From an uncultured Pseudomonadales bacterium (lineage in GTDB: Bacteria; Patescibacteriota; Microgenomatia; UBA1400; MFAQ01), in contig CAZENT010000001.1 in assembly GCA_964513845.1 (NCBI GenBank), positions 42,450 to 106,449 on the forward strand: a stretch of DNA of 64,000 bases, written 5' to 3'. The first letter of the stretch is position 1; each line of letters begins with the position of its first letter. Below are positions 26,215-36,903 of the stretch, piece after piece. The position numbers and the translations under genes were made by a program. The notes under the pieces were generated by a model that saw nothing but the letters and a program-made list of their open reading frames with translations, made no database searches and was not told where the DNA came from.

Positions 26215-26691
26215 TTAGTCTTCAAGACACTCCACGTCAAATAGTTTATTGATAACTTGTGACCCAAACCCTCTTCCGTATAACTTTGAGGTGAGTTTAT
26301 ATTTGTCTAATTTCCGATATTTAAGGCTGTATTTTTTGACCGCTTCAACTTGTTTTTTGGTGTCTGCTTCCTCCAAGGCTAGACTAATTGTGTCTTTATC
26401 TAGCCTCATTTGACCTAATTTGAGACTTATGATTTTGGGGCCATAACACTTGTCAATTTGACGCCGAACGAAAGCTTGAGCAAGATAGAGATCATCCAAG
26501 TAACCACTCTTTTTTAGATCTATTAGAATGTCTGAGATTACACTGTTTGCTTGGTTAAAATTAAGCTTTTTGGCTCTTAAAAGAAGTTTTTGGCGAATTT
26601 TTTCTTCAAAATAGGGCCTTCGGCTTAGACAAAAGGCAGCATATTTGATCAGACTTGCCCGGACATCACTTGGTGATGGTTGCTCCGGCAT
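26215..26691 (-). CDS. recX: RecA regulator RecX
   Basis: RecX-like helical repeats immediately downstream of recA, overlapping it by 26 nt. Confidence 0.65.
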   Translation of the reverse strand: MPEQPSPSDVRASLIKYAAFCLSRRPYFEEKIRQKLLLRAKKLNFNQANSVISDILIDLKKSGYLDDLYLAQAFVRRQIDKCYGPKIISLKLGQMRLDKDTISLALEEADTKKQVEAVKKYSLKYRKLDKYKLTSKLYGRGFGSQVINKLFDVECLED

Positions 26692-27721
26692 TTACTTTGG
26701 CAACGACTTCTTTTTTGATCTTTTCGATGAGCTCTGGCTTTTCGACTAGAACCGCTTTAGCAGCTTCTCTTCCTTGAGCAATAGTTTCTCCACCATATTT
26801 GAGGAAGGCGCCGGCTTTTTGGACAATCTCATAAGCAATGGCGGTATCCAAAAGATCTCCAATCTTACTAATTCCACCAACATTTAAGATATCGAACTCG
26901 GCCGTTCTAAAAGGAGAGGCAACTTTGTTTTTGACAATTTTGGCACGATGACGTGAGCCAATAATTTCTTCACCTTCTTGAATGTTGCCAATCTTGCGCA
27001 TATCGATACGAATAGAGGCATAGAATTTAAGTGCTTTTCCACCCGTGGTGACTTCCGGATTACCAAACATAACGCCGATTTTGTCGCGAAGCTGATTGGT
27101 GAAAATAACGATACATTTACTCTTAGAGATGGCGCCGGTAATCTTTCTGAGTGCCTGGCTCATGAGCCTAGCTTGCATACCCATGGAGGCATCACCCATT
27201 TCGCCTTCAATCTCGGCTTTGGGAACGAGAGCCGCGACTGAATCTATAACAACGACATCGACTCCGCCGGAACGAATAAGAGTTTCGGCGATTTCAAGAG
27301 CTTGTTCGCCATTGTCGGGCTGGGAAAGAAGAAGACTGTCGAGGTCGACACCGATGGACTTGGCTCTGGTAGGATCGACGGCGTGTTCGGCATCGATAAA
27401 AGCAGCAACACCGCCGGCTTTTTGGGCTTCGGAGATGACGTGAAGAGCAAGGGTTGTTTTTCCTGATGCTTCTGGGCCGTAGATTTCGATGATTCTACCT
27501 TTGGGAAAACCACCAACACCAAGAGCGAGATCAAGACTAATCGAACCGGAGGAAATTACCTGGATTTTCTCATTAATTTTGTCGGAGCCCATGCGCATAA
27601 TTGCACCCTCACCAAATTGTTTGGTGATTTGTTGCATGGCGATTTTGACAGCAGTTAAACGATCGTTGTTGTCACTAACTTGGACAACTTTTGCTTTTTC
27701 TTCTTTTGCTTTTTTAGGCAT
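26666..27721 (-). CDS. recA: Recombinase RecA
   Basis: Walker [14 protein letters not shown] and the conserved RecA core. Likely start is the internal ATG at 27721 (MPKKAKEE...). Confidence 0.9.
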   Translation of the reverse strand: MPKKAKEEKAKVVQVSDNNDRLTAVKIAMQQITKQFGEGAIMRMGSDKINEKIQVISSGSISLDLALGVGGFPKGRIIEIYGPEASGKTTLALHVISEAQKAGGVAAFIDAEHAVDPTRAKSIGVDLDSLLLSQPDNGEQALEIAETLIRSGGVDVVVIDSVAALVPKAEIEGEMGDASMGMQARLMSQALRKITGAISKSKCIVIFTNQLRDKIGVMFGNPEVTTGGKALKFYASIRIDMRKIGNIQEGEEIIGSRHRAKIVKNKVASPFRTAEFDILNVGGISKIGDLLDTAIAYEIVQKAGAFLKYGGETIAQGREAAKAVLVEKPELIEKIKKEVVAKVNAGATITK

Positions 27722-27803
27722 GTTCAATAGTATTTTGCTAACACTAAAAGTCATTATATCCTTTCGGGTTATTTTTGCAATATTGATTGTTATAATAATT
27801 TTT

Positions 27804-28082
27804 ATGAAAGAATGTCAAAGCTGTACTCTTCCCTTGGGAAAAGATGATAACGGTCCAGTTGAAAATTTTGGTACGAATGCCGACGGATCGAAAAACGAAG
27901 AATATTGTATGTATTGTTTTCAAAATGGTAAGTTTGTGGATCCTGACACGACAAAAGAAATGATGACTGACAAGTTAACTGATTTTTATACTGATTCTGT
28001 GGGCATGCCTCTCGAAATGGCCAGAGAGCTTTCGATAACGAGAATTTCAAATTTAAATAGGTGGAGTAAAACAAGAAACTAA
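27804..28082 (+). CDS. Small zinc-ribbon domain protein (92 aa)
   Basis: [11 protein letters not shown]...[23 protein letters not shown] matches the CQSCGMP...FGTN.DGS...YC.YC family. The 5' part of ORF-track 27489..28082 is antisense to recA and is discarded. Confidence 0.55.
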   Translation: MKECQSCTLPLGKDDNGPVENFGTNADGSKNEEYCMYCFQNGKFVDPDTTKEMMTDKLTDFYTDSVGMPLEMARELSITRISNLNRWSKTRN

Positions 28083-28087
28083 AGGAT

Positions 28088-29383
28088 ATGGGCGAAGAAA
28101 ATAGTTTGGAAAAAGGTATAGAACAAAACAATCATGAAATTGTTGAGAATAAAGAGAAACTGGAAATAGAGCGAGCTATTGAACTGACAACTAAGCTTGT
28201 CGAAATACTTTATGATGGTGAAGTTCCCGATACTGTACGTAAAAGATTGGATTCTGTAAAGAGTAAGATTTCGGTTTCTTCGACTGAACTTGAAGAATAT
28301 TATGTAGAACAGGGTGGTTCTGCTTTATCCGCGGGAAGTGTGAATGGCGTCTATTCTAGAAGTTTAGATCAGATAATATTACGAGAAAATACAACGCTTA
28401 ATACAAAAATTCATGAAATTTGTCATTTAATTTCTGCCGATCCTGTGACAAATGAAGCGGGGTTAAGAACAGCGAAGGGTGAGGTTAATCAGATAGGGAT
28501 CAATCTGGATGAAGCGATTACTCTTTTTGTCTCTACCTATGCGGAAAAGGGACTTAACCCAAACGATTCTCGTCATTTTCTAATAGTTAACGATGAAATT
28601 TCGAAGATGAAAAATCTTGCAGGAAGTTATTCCGGATCGGCTGAAACTTTTGGATATATTGTGAGTGGTCATACCAGATGGGGAAGGGTTGATCTTAAAG
28701 ACGGTAGATTAATAAACATATTGCCGGAAATTTTTAAAAATTATTTCGACGGTCACCAATCTGGATTAAGGAATTGCTTTGATTCTAGTTTTGAAAAGGG
28801 TTACTTTGATGATTTTGTAAAAAAAGTGGGAGAAACAAGCGAAATTGATTCTGCAAAAGTAATTTCAATTATTGAGATATATTCACATGATATATTTTCT
28901 GGAAATTTTATCGATAAGGAAACAAAGGACGCTGTTACAAAATTTATTGAGGCTATTAAGAATAAAGCGGTTACTAATTATGTGTATCCGGAAAATAGTC
29001 CAGCGTTGTGTAGAATTACTCGAAAACTTGAAATTAACGATAAAACTATCGAGCCCGAAATAGAGCTTAATATTGGCTTGAGAAGTCTCTATGATTCTTT
29101 CGAGAAAAGAAAAAACTATTTAGGTATAAAACAATTTGAGGCGTGGATAATTTGGCAAAGTATTGTTTATGCTGAAGCCATGAGGGGTGTAACTTTATCG
29201 AATAATGAATTTATTGCCAACGAGCGAATGAAAGAAATATTGATAAATAATTATTCAAGTCAAATGACGGCAATTTCTGACATGGCGAGAGGATTATTGG
29301 GAGTAAAAATTCCTCAGGGCGTGAGTGATGATATCGTTTCAGAAAGTAGTAAGAGGAAGTTAATCAAAGGCGTGGTAAAATAG
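28088..29383 (+). CDS. Hypothetical protein (431 aa) with HExxH motif; AT-rich
   Basis: HEICH at residues ~109-113. No TM. Markedly lower GC than its surroundings. Confidence 0.5.
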   Translation: MGEENSLEKGIEQNNHEIVENKEKLEIERAIELTTKLVEILYDGEVPDTVRKRLDSVKSKISVSSTELEEYYVEQGGSALSAGSVNGVYSRSLDQIILRENTTLNTKIHEICHLISADPVTNEAGLRTAKGEVNQIGINLDEAITLFVSTYAEKGLNPNDSRHFLIVNDEISKMKNLAGSYSGSAETFGYIVSGHTRWGRVDLKDGRLINILPEIFKNYFDGHQSGLRNCFDSSFEKGYFDDFVKKVGETSEIDSAKVISIIEIYSHDIFSGNFIDKETKDAVTKFIEAIKNKAVTNYVYPENSPALCRITRKLEINDKTIEPEIELNIGLRSLYDSFEKRKNYLGIKQFEAWIIWQSIVYAEAMRGVTLSNNEFIANERMKEILINNYSSQMTAISDMARGLLGVKIPQGVSDDIVSESSKRKLIKGVVK

Positions 29384-29504
29384 GCATGTTCGTTTCGGGG
29401 TATAAGGGCTTGCTCGTCCTTCCTTCGATAATATTCATTATCGTCTGGTTATAGTACCTCTATCCCGAAATACGATTTGTACTTTTTAAAATTTGAAAGT
29501 ATTT

Positions 29505-29575
29505 CGGGGTATAGTATAACGGCAGTATGCGCGCATGGGGTGCGCGCGATCTCAGTTCAATTCTGAGTACCCCGA
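29505..29575 (+). tRNA. tRNA-Pro (anticodon GGG)
   Basis: Acceptor stem cggggta/taccccg, discriminator A. Anticodon stem cgcgc/gcgcg with loop aTGGGgt. T-arm ctcag-ttcaatt-ctgag. D-stem is weak (GTAT/GTAT with two G-U pairs). 71 nt, no encoded CCA. Confidence 0.6.
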
Positions 29576-29579
29576 CTAA

Positions 29580-30908
29580 GTGGATAAATTACGAAAGTAT
29601 GTTTTTTTTGTTTTGTTTTTTTTGGCAGTAGTAATTTTTTTGATTCATTATTCGGTTTCCGGACAAGCTGTCTATGGGGATGGCATTGGCTATTATTCTC
29701 ACCTGCATAGCTGGGTGATTGACGGCGACTGGAACTATACCAATGAGTACAAACATATTTATGATTGGGAACATAATAATTTCGATACCGGAGTTGAGTC
29801 ATCTGCAATACAAATAGTTTCGACAACCAAAGAGGGGGAAGCGGAAAACTTTTATGGTACTGGAGTGGCGGTGTTACTTTTGCCTTTTTATTTGATGGCT
29901 CATTTTATTTCTATCTTGGCCAATCTTTTTGGGGCGGGAATTTCCGTACAGGGATATGGAGACGCGTATCAAATACTGACAGGAATTGGGGCTGTTTTTT
30001 ACGCAGTCTGGGGAGTGTATTTTCTGAATAAAATGATTGATATTGTTATCCGAGATAACAAAATTAGCTTAATAAGTAGTGTGACGATTTTCTTGTCAAC
30101 CAGCTTGCTTTATTATGGTAGTTTTGACGTAATTAATTCTCACTTTGCTTCTTTCTTTTTGACCGTGGTTTTCTTTTATTTATTTTTTTCGAGAAAAAAC
30201 AATCTGCTTTTGGGGTTGGTGGCCGGACTTATCACATTAAATAGAGTTCAAGACTCTGTAGTGATATTGATTTGGCTTATCGATTTTTTACGAAATAAAA
30301 GGCCATTAATTACTGCAAAAAACTTCTTGATCGGATATGTTTTTGCTTTAATTCCGCTTTTCTTTCATTGGGGTAGTGTGATTGGAAATCCACTCAATCA
30401 TCCATATTTGCGAGGGCTTACTGAGAAAATTCAAGGTGGACAAAGCACTGACATTTTTGGAAGTCTGTTTAATCCAGTTACCGGATTGTTTTTTCGGACT
30501 CCCCTACTTTTGGTTTTGTTCTTGTATTTTTTGTGTTTAATTGTTAATTATTATAGATTGCCACGTCACTTCGCTCCTCGCAATGACAAGATTTATTTTG
30601 TATATCCATTTATATTCTTTTTAATGCAGTTTGTGATTATTACTCTTCAAGGCGGATGGGCGGCAGCTGCTTATGGAGGAAGAATGTATATTTCTTCTTT
30701 GGTGTTTTTTGGATTAGTGTTGGGAAAAATGCTCACCTGGATGAGTAAAAAAAATCATAGATTGGTCTATGTTTTTGTGATGACATTTATAGTAATAAAC
30801 TTTGTTTCTATGGCGATATTTATTTTGAGAGATAAGGGGGCAGAGGGTGGATCTCATGGCACTGAACAGAGAACAATCCAAAGACTTAATAAAATATTCC
30901 GAAAATAA
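29580..30908 (+). CDS. Polytopic membrane protein, GT-C (ArnT/PMT-like) glycosyltransferase-like, with an in-frame family B repeat insertion
   Basis: About 12 TM helices. The first periplasmic loop contains YGDGIGYY, DE/DG-x-YY-like. The peptide YRLPRHFAPRNDK is encoded by the element at 30552. Confidence 0.45.
   Translation: MDKLRKYVFFVLFFLAVVIFLIHYSVSGQAVYGDGIGYYSHLHSWVIDGDWNYTNEYKHIYDWEHNNFDTGVESSAIQIVSTTKEGEAENFYGTGVAVLLLPFYLMAHFISILANLFGAGISVQGYGDAYQILTGIGAVFYAVWGVYFLNKMIDIVIRDNKISLISSVTIFLSTSLLYYGSFDVINSHFASFFLTVVFFYLFFSRKNNLLLGLVAGLITLNRVQDSVVILIWLIDFLRNKRPLITAKNFLIGYVFALIPLFFHWGSVIGNPLNHPYLRGLTEKIQGGQSTDIFGSLFNPVTGLFFRTPLLLVLFLYFLCLIVNYYRLPRHFAPRNDKIYFVYPFIFFLMQFVIITLQGGWAAAAYGGRMYISSLVFFGLVLGKMLTWMSKKNHRLVYVFVMTFIVINFVSMAIFILRDKGAEGGSHGTEQRTIQRLNKIFRK
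30552..30588 (+). repeat. Short palindromic repeat element, family B, copy 2 (in frame within 29580..30908)
   Basis: TATAGATTGCCACGTCACTTCGCTCCTCGCAATGACA. Confidence 0.75.
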
Positions 30909-30931
30909 ATATAACTGTTTCCGGTGTTTGA

Positions 30932-31648
30932 TTATTTGAAGACGACTGATTCTTTTTCGGGAAGCGTACCTTCAAATACAATACTGCCATTTTCGACAAC
31001 TAGTTTTTTGGCAGAAAATCCTTTTTGCTTATTAACTAGATCCTGAACAAAAGACTCGATCCTGGGCTTGTTTGAAGATAGTATTTTTGAGGAAACAGGG
31101 AGTCTTCCAACCTCAAGCGAAGTGACATCGAAAGAAACTTTGTTATCGATAATGCTAGCTGTGCCTTTGGCGTAAAAGGGCATTTTAACTTTGGGAATTT
31201 GATATTCCAAAAGAGCCTTTTCAATATCTCCCGTTGAGTACCCAAGGGCTTTGGCATAATCAGTGACAAGCGACATATCAACCATACCAGTAATCTCCAT
31301 AGTGTCATTGAGATTAATCAATAGCTGAAGGTTGGAAAATGGATAATATTTCCAAGGACGATTGTTGATGATGGCGGTTGCTTCGGTACTGTCGAAGGAT
31401 AACTTGAGCTCTCTTCGTCCTTCCAAGACGTAACTTTCGGTGACTGAAGTATATTGAGGAAGCTCAACAATGACGACTCTAGATTTTTCTTGGGCCTTGA
31501 TAGAGTCTTCCGGTGTAATCTTGACACCCAGATCTTTTGGTTTGTTAGTACCCAAAATAGTTGAAAGACCCGGAACGAAACCAGCCAGTCCGGCAAAGAA
31601 AACAGCAATTACAATGAGAAACAAAATAATCCTGAGTATTCCTTTCAT
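30932..31648 (-). CDS. Hypothetical membrane-anchored protein (238 aa)
   Basis: N-terminal TM helix. No known motif. Confidence 0.45.
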   Translation of the reverse strand: MKGILRIILFLIVIAVFFAGLAGFVPGLSTILGTNKPKDLGVKITPEDSIKAQEKSRVVIVELPQYTSVTESYVLEGRRELKLSFDSTEATAIINNRPWKYYPFSNLQLLINLNDTMEITGMVDMSLVTDYAKALGYSTGDIEKALLEYQIPKVKMPFYAKGTASIIDNKVSFDVTSLEVGRLPVSSKILSSNKPRIESFVQDLVNKQKGFSAKKLVVENGSIVFEGTLPEKESVVFK

Positions 31649-31681
31649 AATATGGAAAACTAGTAATAAAGAATCTTACAC

Positions 31682-32839
31682 TTAATTCTTTTCCGGGAAA
31701 AGAGAACTAAGAAATGCTCCAAGGCCAAGACAGAATGAGGCGAAAGCAATTATCCAGCCAATGACAGGGATAATTGAAACGATTCCGAGGAGTAGAACAC
31801 CTAGGGCGACTTGCCCATATAGTGAAGTGTCTTTTTTCTGAATTACCTTTTCCATAAATAATTTTCCGTACAAAGCTGATGGATAAAGCGAGGCAATGAT
31901 CAAAGCAATAATATAAACAAACATGGCCACGAACGCAAAAGGCATGCCGATAACGGTAATTAAGAGAATGAAAAAGGCTACAGGGGCGACAATTAATGTC
32001 GCAAAACCGATAAGCCCAGTAATGAGAGGTTTTCGGACAATTTGCGCGATCCTTTTTTCGGTGTTTTTGCGATCAAAATAGATCAGAGCTGAACCAAGAA
32101 GAATGAAAGATAAAATACTGACTAGGGTTTTTACAAATATGGCTTTTCCGGTAGCTTTGATCGTTTGATTTTGCATTTCTGATTTCGAAGGAGTTTCAAT
32201 ATCATGTCTGACTACGCTTCCTTTGATATTTTTTTCATCGATTGAGGGAGTGGCGGTTTTTTCCACGTAGTAGTCAAGATTGCCACCGATTTTGCCGGTT
32301 TCGATAATGGATAAATTGGTACCGGAGACTGTGGCGTTTCTTAGGAGAGAGCCGGTGATATTGACGGTTTCACCTGCTCCAAGCAGGTCTCTACCCATTG
32401 AGCCCCCAAGATTAACATTCTGAACTCCAAAGAAGACATCACCCTTAACTTGAGATTTTGGACCCAGAACCAACGTTTGAGAAGCAACGGTAATGTTTCG
32501 AGTGACTTGACCGTTGATTTCGATATTCATAGCCGCGGCTCGAATGTCGCCATCAACATTGCCGGTAACCTTGATACTTTGACCAACACAAGCAATGTCT
32601 CCTTTGATGTTGCCGTTGATGACGATATCTCGGCCGGCGCAGTAAAGATCGCCGTTGATATCGGAGTTTATGGTGAGGGTTGAACCGGAAACGAAAGCTG
32701 CTTCATCGATTTTCTTTTCTTCGGGAAGAACTAGGGTGTCCCCTGACTGAAAATAAACGGCTCTTGCAGGAGAAAGACTAAGAAAAACAAATAAAAATGC
32801 AGGTAGAATCCAAGCAAAAAGCTTTGTTATTATTTTCAT
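31682..32839 (-). CDS. Bactofilin-like (polymer-forming cytoskeletal, beta-helix) protein with signal peptide and C-terminal TM region
   Basis: Repeated ...ING.IKGDI..VG.SIKVTGNV.GDI... units are typical of the bactofilin/DUF583 beta-helix. The C-terminus has ~3 TM helices. Confidence 0.55.
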   Translation of the reverse strand: MKIITKLFAWILPAFLFVFLSLSPARAVYFQSGDTLVLPEEKKIDEAAFVSGSTLTINSDINGDLYCAGRDIVINGNIKGDIACVGQSIKVTGNVDGDIRAAAMNIEINGQVTRNITVASQTLVLGPKSQVKGDVFFGVQNVNLGGSMGRDLLGAGETVNITGSLLRNATVSGTNLSIIETGKIGGNLDYYVEKTATPSIDEKNIKGSVVRHDIETPSKSEMQNQTIKATGKAIFVKTLVSILSFILLGSALIYFDRKNTEKRIAQIVRKPLITGLIGFATLIVAPVAFFILLITVIGMPFAFVAMFVYIIALIIASLYPSALYGKLFMEKVIQKKDTSLYGQVALGVLLLGIVSIIPVIGWIIAFASFCLGLGAFLSSLFPEKN

Positions 32840-32957
32840 ACTGATTAAGGTATAGCAGAAAAATGGTAACTTGCCAAATTAAATAGATTGAAAAGGACCC
32901 GTTCGTGAACTATCATCTACTAAGATTGAGAGTAATTAATAATTGAAATCAAAATAG

Positions 32958-33899
32958 ATGAAAATATTAGTGACTGGCGGTGCAGGATTTTTGGGTTCGC
33001 ACTTGTGCAAAAGACTTGTGGATGAAGGAAATGAAGTAATTTGTGTAGATAATTTTTACACCGGAAGGAAAAAGAACATCGAAAAATTGATGGATTCGGG
33101 AAAGTTTTCAATTATCGAGCATGACATCGTTGAACCATTGAAAATTACCGGATTGGATAGAATATATAACTTGGCATGCCCGGCATCTCCACCTGCCTAT
33201 CAGAAAGACCCTATCTATACCTGGAGAACCTCTTTGATTGGGACGATGAATATGTTGGAGTTAGCCGTGAAAAACAATAATTGTAGAATGTTGCAGTCAT
33301 CGACCTCAGAAGTGTATGGCGACCCATTAGAACACCCTCAAAAAGAAAGTTACTGGGGTAATGTGAACCCAATTGGTATCCGATCGTGTTATGACGAGGG
33401 GAAAAGAGCGGCGGAAACTTTGATTATGGATTACCATCGAAAATACAACCTGCCGGTGAGAGTTGTGCGAATTTTTAATACTTACGGACCAAACATGGAT
33501 CCAAAAGATGGCAGGGTGGTTTCTAACTTCATTGTTCAGGCACTGACCAATCAAGACATCACTATATATGGTGATGGTTCTCAAACAAGAAGCTTCCAGT
33601 ATGTTGATGATCTTATTAACGCAATGATTTTGATGATGGAGAATCAAATTGATTTCGTGGGACCAGTGAACACAGGTAATCCTGGCGAGTTTACCGTAAA
33701 AGAACTGGCCGAGATGATACTGAAAATGATTCCAGAGTCTACAAGTAAAATCGTGTATCGAAATATGCCGGCAGATGATCCGAAAATTCGAAAACCGGAT
33801 GGGTCTTTGGCCAAGGAAAAATTAAACTGGGAGCCAAAAATTAACTTGGAGGATGGTTTGGTGCCGACGATAGCTTATTTCAGATCTGAAGTTGGATAA
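32958..33899 (+). CDS. NAD-dependent UDP-glucuronate decarboxylase-like (UDP-xylose synthase family SDR)
   Basis: [20 protein letters not shown] Rossmann motif, the YxxxK region, and strong overall similarity to UXS/ArnA-decarboxylase-type enzymes. Confidence 0.8.
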   Translation: MKILVTGGAGFLGSHLCKRLVDEGNEVICVDNFYTGRKKNIEKLMDSGKFSIIEHDIVEPLKITGLDRIYNLACPASPPAYQKDPIYTWRTSLIGTMNMLELAVKNNNCRMLQSSTSEVYGDPLEHPQKESYWGNVNPIGIRSCYDEGKRAAETLIMDYHRKYNLPVRVVRIFNTYGPNMDPKDGRVVSNFIVQALTNQDITIYGDGSQTRSFQYVDDLINAMILMMENQIDFVGPVNTGNPGEFTVKELAEMILKMIPESTSKIVYRNMPADDPKIRKPDGSLAKEKLNWEPKINLEDGLVPTIAYFRSEVG

Positions 33900-34816
33900 A
33901 AATTTGGCTGACCATAGTCGAATATTTTGATTGGGAAAATTTCTTTTTTAATTAATTGAGTATCTTGATAAGTGAGTCTTAAGATCTCTCCCAAACGAGT
34001 TTCTTCTGACCACATTTGATCAAAAACCAGATTGCCGAGAGAGTAGTAAATCGGTTTGCCCTGATAAATTTCTTCGGTTTGGACCCAGTGAGGATGATGT
34101 CCAACAACCAAATCAGCACCGGAGTCAATCGCAAGATGAGCCAAGTACACTTGTCGAGAGGTTGGGTTTTGCTGATACTCAGCACCCCAGTGAAAATTGA
34201 TAAGAACCAAGTCGGCTGATTGAGTACTTTCGGAGATTTGTTCTATCATTTCTTTTTCGTCTAATTCGGGTAGATCGGTAAAGGCAAGCAGGGCAATTTT
34301 GGTATTCTTTAATATATTAAATTCGGGTTTTCCGAGACCAAGGGGTGTAATGCTGTTCGATTTTAGAAGATCAATGGTTTCATCGACGCCTTTTTTCCCC
34401 TGATTGTTGATGTGATTGTTGGCTAGTGAAGCATAATCAACACCAGCATATACCAAGCCAAAAATATTTTTTGGATCAGCACAAAAAATCATACCGCTAT
34501 CTGTGGGGCGACAATCGGAAATAAAGGGTGATTCTAAATTGATTACCGCCAGGTCAGCTTCGGATAACAAAGAGGCAATGTTTTTGAATGGCCAAGTAGG
34601 GTCAGCAAATTTTTGAATTCTGGTATTAACTGAGCGACCAAGCATGACATCACCGGTAAAAACAATGGTAAAAGTACTCCCTTGATCAAGTGTAACTAGA
34701 TCCGGAAGATGACTGGAAATTGGAAGAACTTTGCGATTTGTATTTGGTGAAACGAGAAAAATTCCTGCCAAAAGACCAATCTCAAAAAGAATTAGGATTT
34801 TTATTGGTCGAATCAT
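33875..34816 (-). CDS. CapA-family metallophosphoesterase (poly-gamma-glutamate capsule biosynthesis CapA-like)
   Basis: N-terminal TM, then FTGDVMLGR and NLESPF motifs typical of CapA/YwtB. Confidence 0.6.
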   Translation of the reverse strand: MIRPIKILILFEIGLLAGIFLVSPNTNRKVLPISSHLPDLVTLDQGSTFTIVFTGDVMLGRSVNTRIQKFADPTWPFKNIASLLSEADLAVINLESPFISDCRPTDSGMIFCADPKNIFGLVYAGVDYASLANNHINNQGKKGVDETIDLLKSNSITPLGLGKPEFNILKNTKIALLAFTDLPELDEKEMIEQISESTQSADLVLINFHWGAEYQQNPTSRQVYLAHLAIDSGADLVVGHHPHWVQTEEIYQGKPIYYSLGNLVFDQMWSEETRLGEILRLTYQDTQLIKKEIFPIKIFDYGQPNFYPTSDLK

Positions 34817-34843
34817 TTAGTCATATTTTACTCCATATAGAAA

Positions 34844-34862
34844 CCTCCCCATTACGGGGAGG
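34844..34862 (-). terminator. Rho-independent terminator hairpin
   Basis: cctcccc-attac-ggggagg. On the minus strand it is followed by TTTCTAT. Confidence 0.45.
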
Positions 34863-34868
34863 CGTGCA

Positions 34869-35222
34869 CTAGACTGAGAAAATAATACTTGGAACACAAA
34901 TGATGTCATGGTCAATATATGTATCGAAGAACGACCATGTGTGGAGAACATCGACGATTTTGAGAAGTGTTTCTCGATTGATGTACTGAGGATCATAATA
35001 GACATAAATGGTGGAGTGCGGGTTGGTTAGGGTTCCGCCACTATTGACGTCCATTTCTGATGGAGAAGAAACAGTCTTGTTTCCTGAAAAGATGACGGAA
35101 AGTTTAAAACTTGATTGATGCAAGTCTGTTGAAGGTATTACCTTCTTAATCTGTTCGAAAAAATTATTTAGAGGTTTTTCCCCAATATTTGGGATATAAG
35201 GTAAGGCAATCTTGAGATCCAT
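34869..35222 (-). CDS. Hypothetical protein (117 aa)
   Basis: ATG at 35222 (MDLKIALPYIP...) is preceded by AAGGAGGAAAA SD. The upstream part of the ORF-track entry is discarded. Confidence 0.45.
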   Translation of the reverse strand: MDLKIALPYIPNIGEKPLNNFFEQIKKVIPSTDLHQSSFKLSVIFSGNKTVSSPSEMDVNSGGTLTNPHSTIYVYYDPQYINRETLLKIVDVLHTWSFFDTYIDHDIICVPSIIFSV

Positions 35223-35261
35223 TTTTCCTCCTTGGGAAAGTGCGAATGGCATATTATAACA

Positions 35262-35286
35262 AAAACCCCGGAACACCGGGGTTTTT
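35262..35286. terminator. Bidirectional rho-independent terminator
   Basis: aaaaa-ccccgg-aaca-ccgggg-ttttt. Confidence 0.55.
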
Positions 35287-35351
35287 GAATAGATTGCTTT
35301 GGTTCGAGTACATATCGCGCAATGTCGGGAGGTAGGCAGAAAGAGAGAATG

Positions 35352-36386
35352 TTAAAATTGCCAGACCTTTTTGAAAGGGTTTTTGCAGGGGTTACCTGAG
35401 GCAAGCTCGACAATTCCTTCATCCAAATCAACTGCGAAACCAAAAGTAGTTTCGGAGTCTTTACCATGACGACAGACACTATTATCGTCCGGTAAATTAT
35501 CAGGACCGTGATCTTTGAGAAACGACTGGGCTATTTTGAAAGTGATGGGGGTATTGATGTTTGAGATAAGTTTGTTTATCGATGCCAGTCTTTGGATAGA
35601 GCTCGTGTAATGCGGATGGCCTTCAAAGGGAAGCATTTTGGCCGAACAGTAGTGATTGCTGTGAGTGAGAATCCCTTTTGTGGGAAAAATATAATCGAAA
35701 CTGGTCGCCGAGCCTTCGATACTGACAGATTGATTTGGGGAAGTAATAATATTGTTGTAGGATGAGGCCCTTTCCGGGTGAGTGGCTGTCTTAACAGCTT
35801 CATCAAAGGTTTTTGCTAACAAGATAGCTCGAGCAATAATCGCTCTGGGAATGCCAACTCGTGTGTCTGTTGGAGTAACGGCATTTCCGGACAGAACAAT
35901 TTTGGAGTTGTTTACACCGACGCTGGCCATGAAACCGGCGATACCAACAGTATACATTTGACTGCCATCGTCGAAATTCCATTCGACCGCTGTAAGGACG
36001 TCGTAGAAACAGTGAGGCAAATCGTTATTGTGGGCGACAAGGGTATGGACACTAGCTGGCGAAAGTGTAATGATATCAGTGCAAGCTTTTGGATTGAAGC
36101 TGTCGGAATAAAATTCTTCGATGGCGAGAGCGAAAAGTTCAGTGAAGTCGATACCAGAGCCTTGGGCAACACCTTTTATCTCTTCAATAATTTCAGGAAA
36201 GTGTTTTTCAGTTGGCTCGATGAAGAGCTTTGTCTGATCAAGACAGTCCTGCCAGGAGAGCTTTGCTGGTGGATCATTTTTACAAAGATCGCGATACTTA
36301 AAAATCAATTCTTTAAAAGCCAGGCCGATTTGTTCACCACACTCAAAATGAGTACCGGAAACTTTGATAAATGGCATTTGTTTCAT
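35352..36386 (-). CDS. Peptidase C45 family (acyl-CoA:6-APA acyltransferase-like) hydrolase
   Basis: N-terminal SGTHFECGEQIG resembles the C45 autoproteolytic N-terminus (G-[ST]-x-[FY]-E-x-G). Length ~340 aa. Confidence 0.5.
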   Translation of the reverse strand: MKQMPFIKVSGTHFECGEQIGLAFKELIFKYRDLCKNDPPAKLSWQDCLDQTKLFIEPTEKHFPEIIEEIKGVAQGSGIDFTELFALAIEEFYSDSFNPKACTDIITLSPASVHTLVAHNNDLPHCFYDVLTAVEWNFDDGSQMYTVGIAGFMASVGVNNSKIVLSGNAVTPTDTRVGIPRAIIARAILLAKTFDEAVKTATHPERASSYNNIITSPNQSVSIEGSATSFDYIFPTKGILTHSNHYCSAKMLPFEGHPHYTSSIQRLASINKLISNINTPITFKIAQSFLKDHGPDNLPDDNSVCRHGKDSETTFGFAVDLDEGIVELASGNPCKNPFKKVWQF

Positions 36387-36421
36387 AGACGACTATTTCA
36401 GTTCCAGAAACAGGTCAAATC

Positions 36422-36901
36422 TTAACGTTTTGGAGATTGTTTCTTGGCACGAGCACGACCACCTTGGCCTGATTTTCTGGTTTCTTTCATACGAGAGTCA
36501 CGAGTAAGAAAACCGCCATCACGCATAAGCTTTTTGAATTTCTCAGGATCGGCTTTCATGAGAGCACGACCAATACCGTTCATAATTGCTTCAGCTTGGC
36601 CCATGATACCGCTCCCGGCAACCTTGATACTGCCAGTGTATTGACCTAAGACATCTGCGACAACAAAAGGAGAGTGGATCATCTTTTTGATGGTTTCACC
36701 TTTGAAATAGACAGATAAGGGTTTGCCATTGATGACGAGTTCTTGTTTGCCTGGCCAGATACGAACGCGGGCGATGGCAGTCTTGCGACGGCCAACAGCG
36801 GCGAAGTATTCTTTGGGCATAGCGAGAGTACCCTTTTTGACAGGAGTTGTTTTGACTGGCTTAACAGCAACTTTGGATTTTTTGGTTAGTTTTTGTGCCA
36901 T
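36422..36901 (-). CDS. rpsI: 30S ribosomal protein S9 (N-terminally extended)
   Basis: Conserved C-terminus ...GGGFLTRDSRMKERKSGQGGRARAKKQSPKR, downstream of rplM. Confidence 0.9.
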   Translation of the reverse strand: MAQKLTKKSKVAVKPVKTTPVKKGTLAMPKEYFAAVGRRKTAIARVRIWPGKQELVINGKPLSVYFKGETIKKMIHSPFVVADVLGQYTGSIKVAGSGIMGQAEAIMNGIGRALMKADPEKFKKLMRDGGFLTRDSRMKETRKSGQGGRARAKKQSPKR

Positions 36902-36903
36902 AT

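Noticed and set aside
27489-27803. 5' two-thirds of ORF-track entry 27489..28082
   Set aside because: This portion is antisense to recA. Only the 3' part from the ATG at 27804 (the zinc-ribbon protein) looks genuine.
29393-29404. 12-nt tRNA-Pro 5'-end duplicate interpreted as a bona fide att site
   Set aside because: The match is short and could arise by chance. It is kept only as supporting context in the islet finding, not as a called feature.
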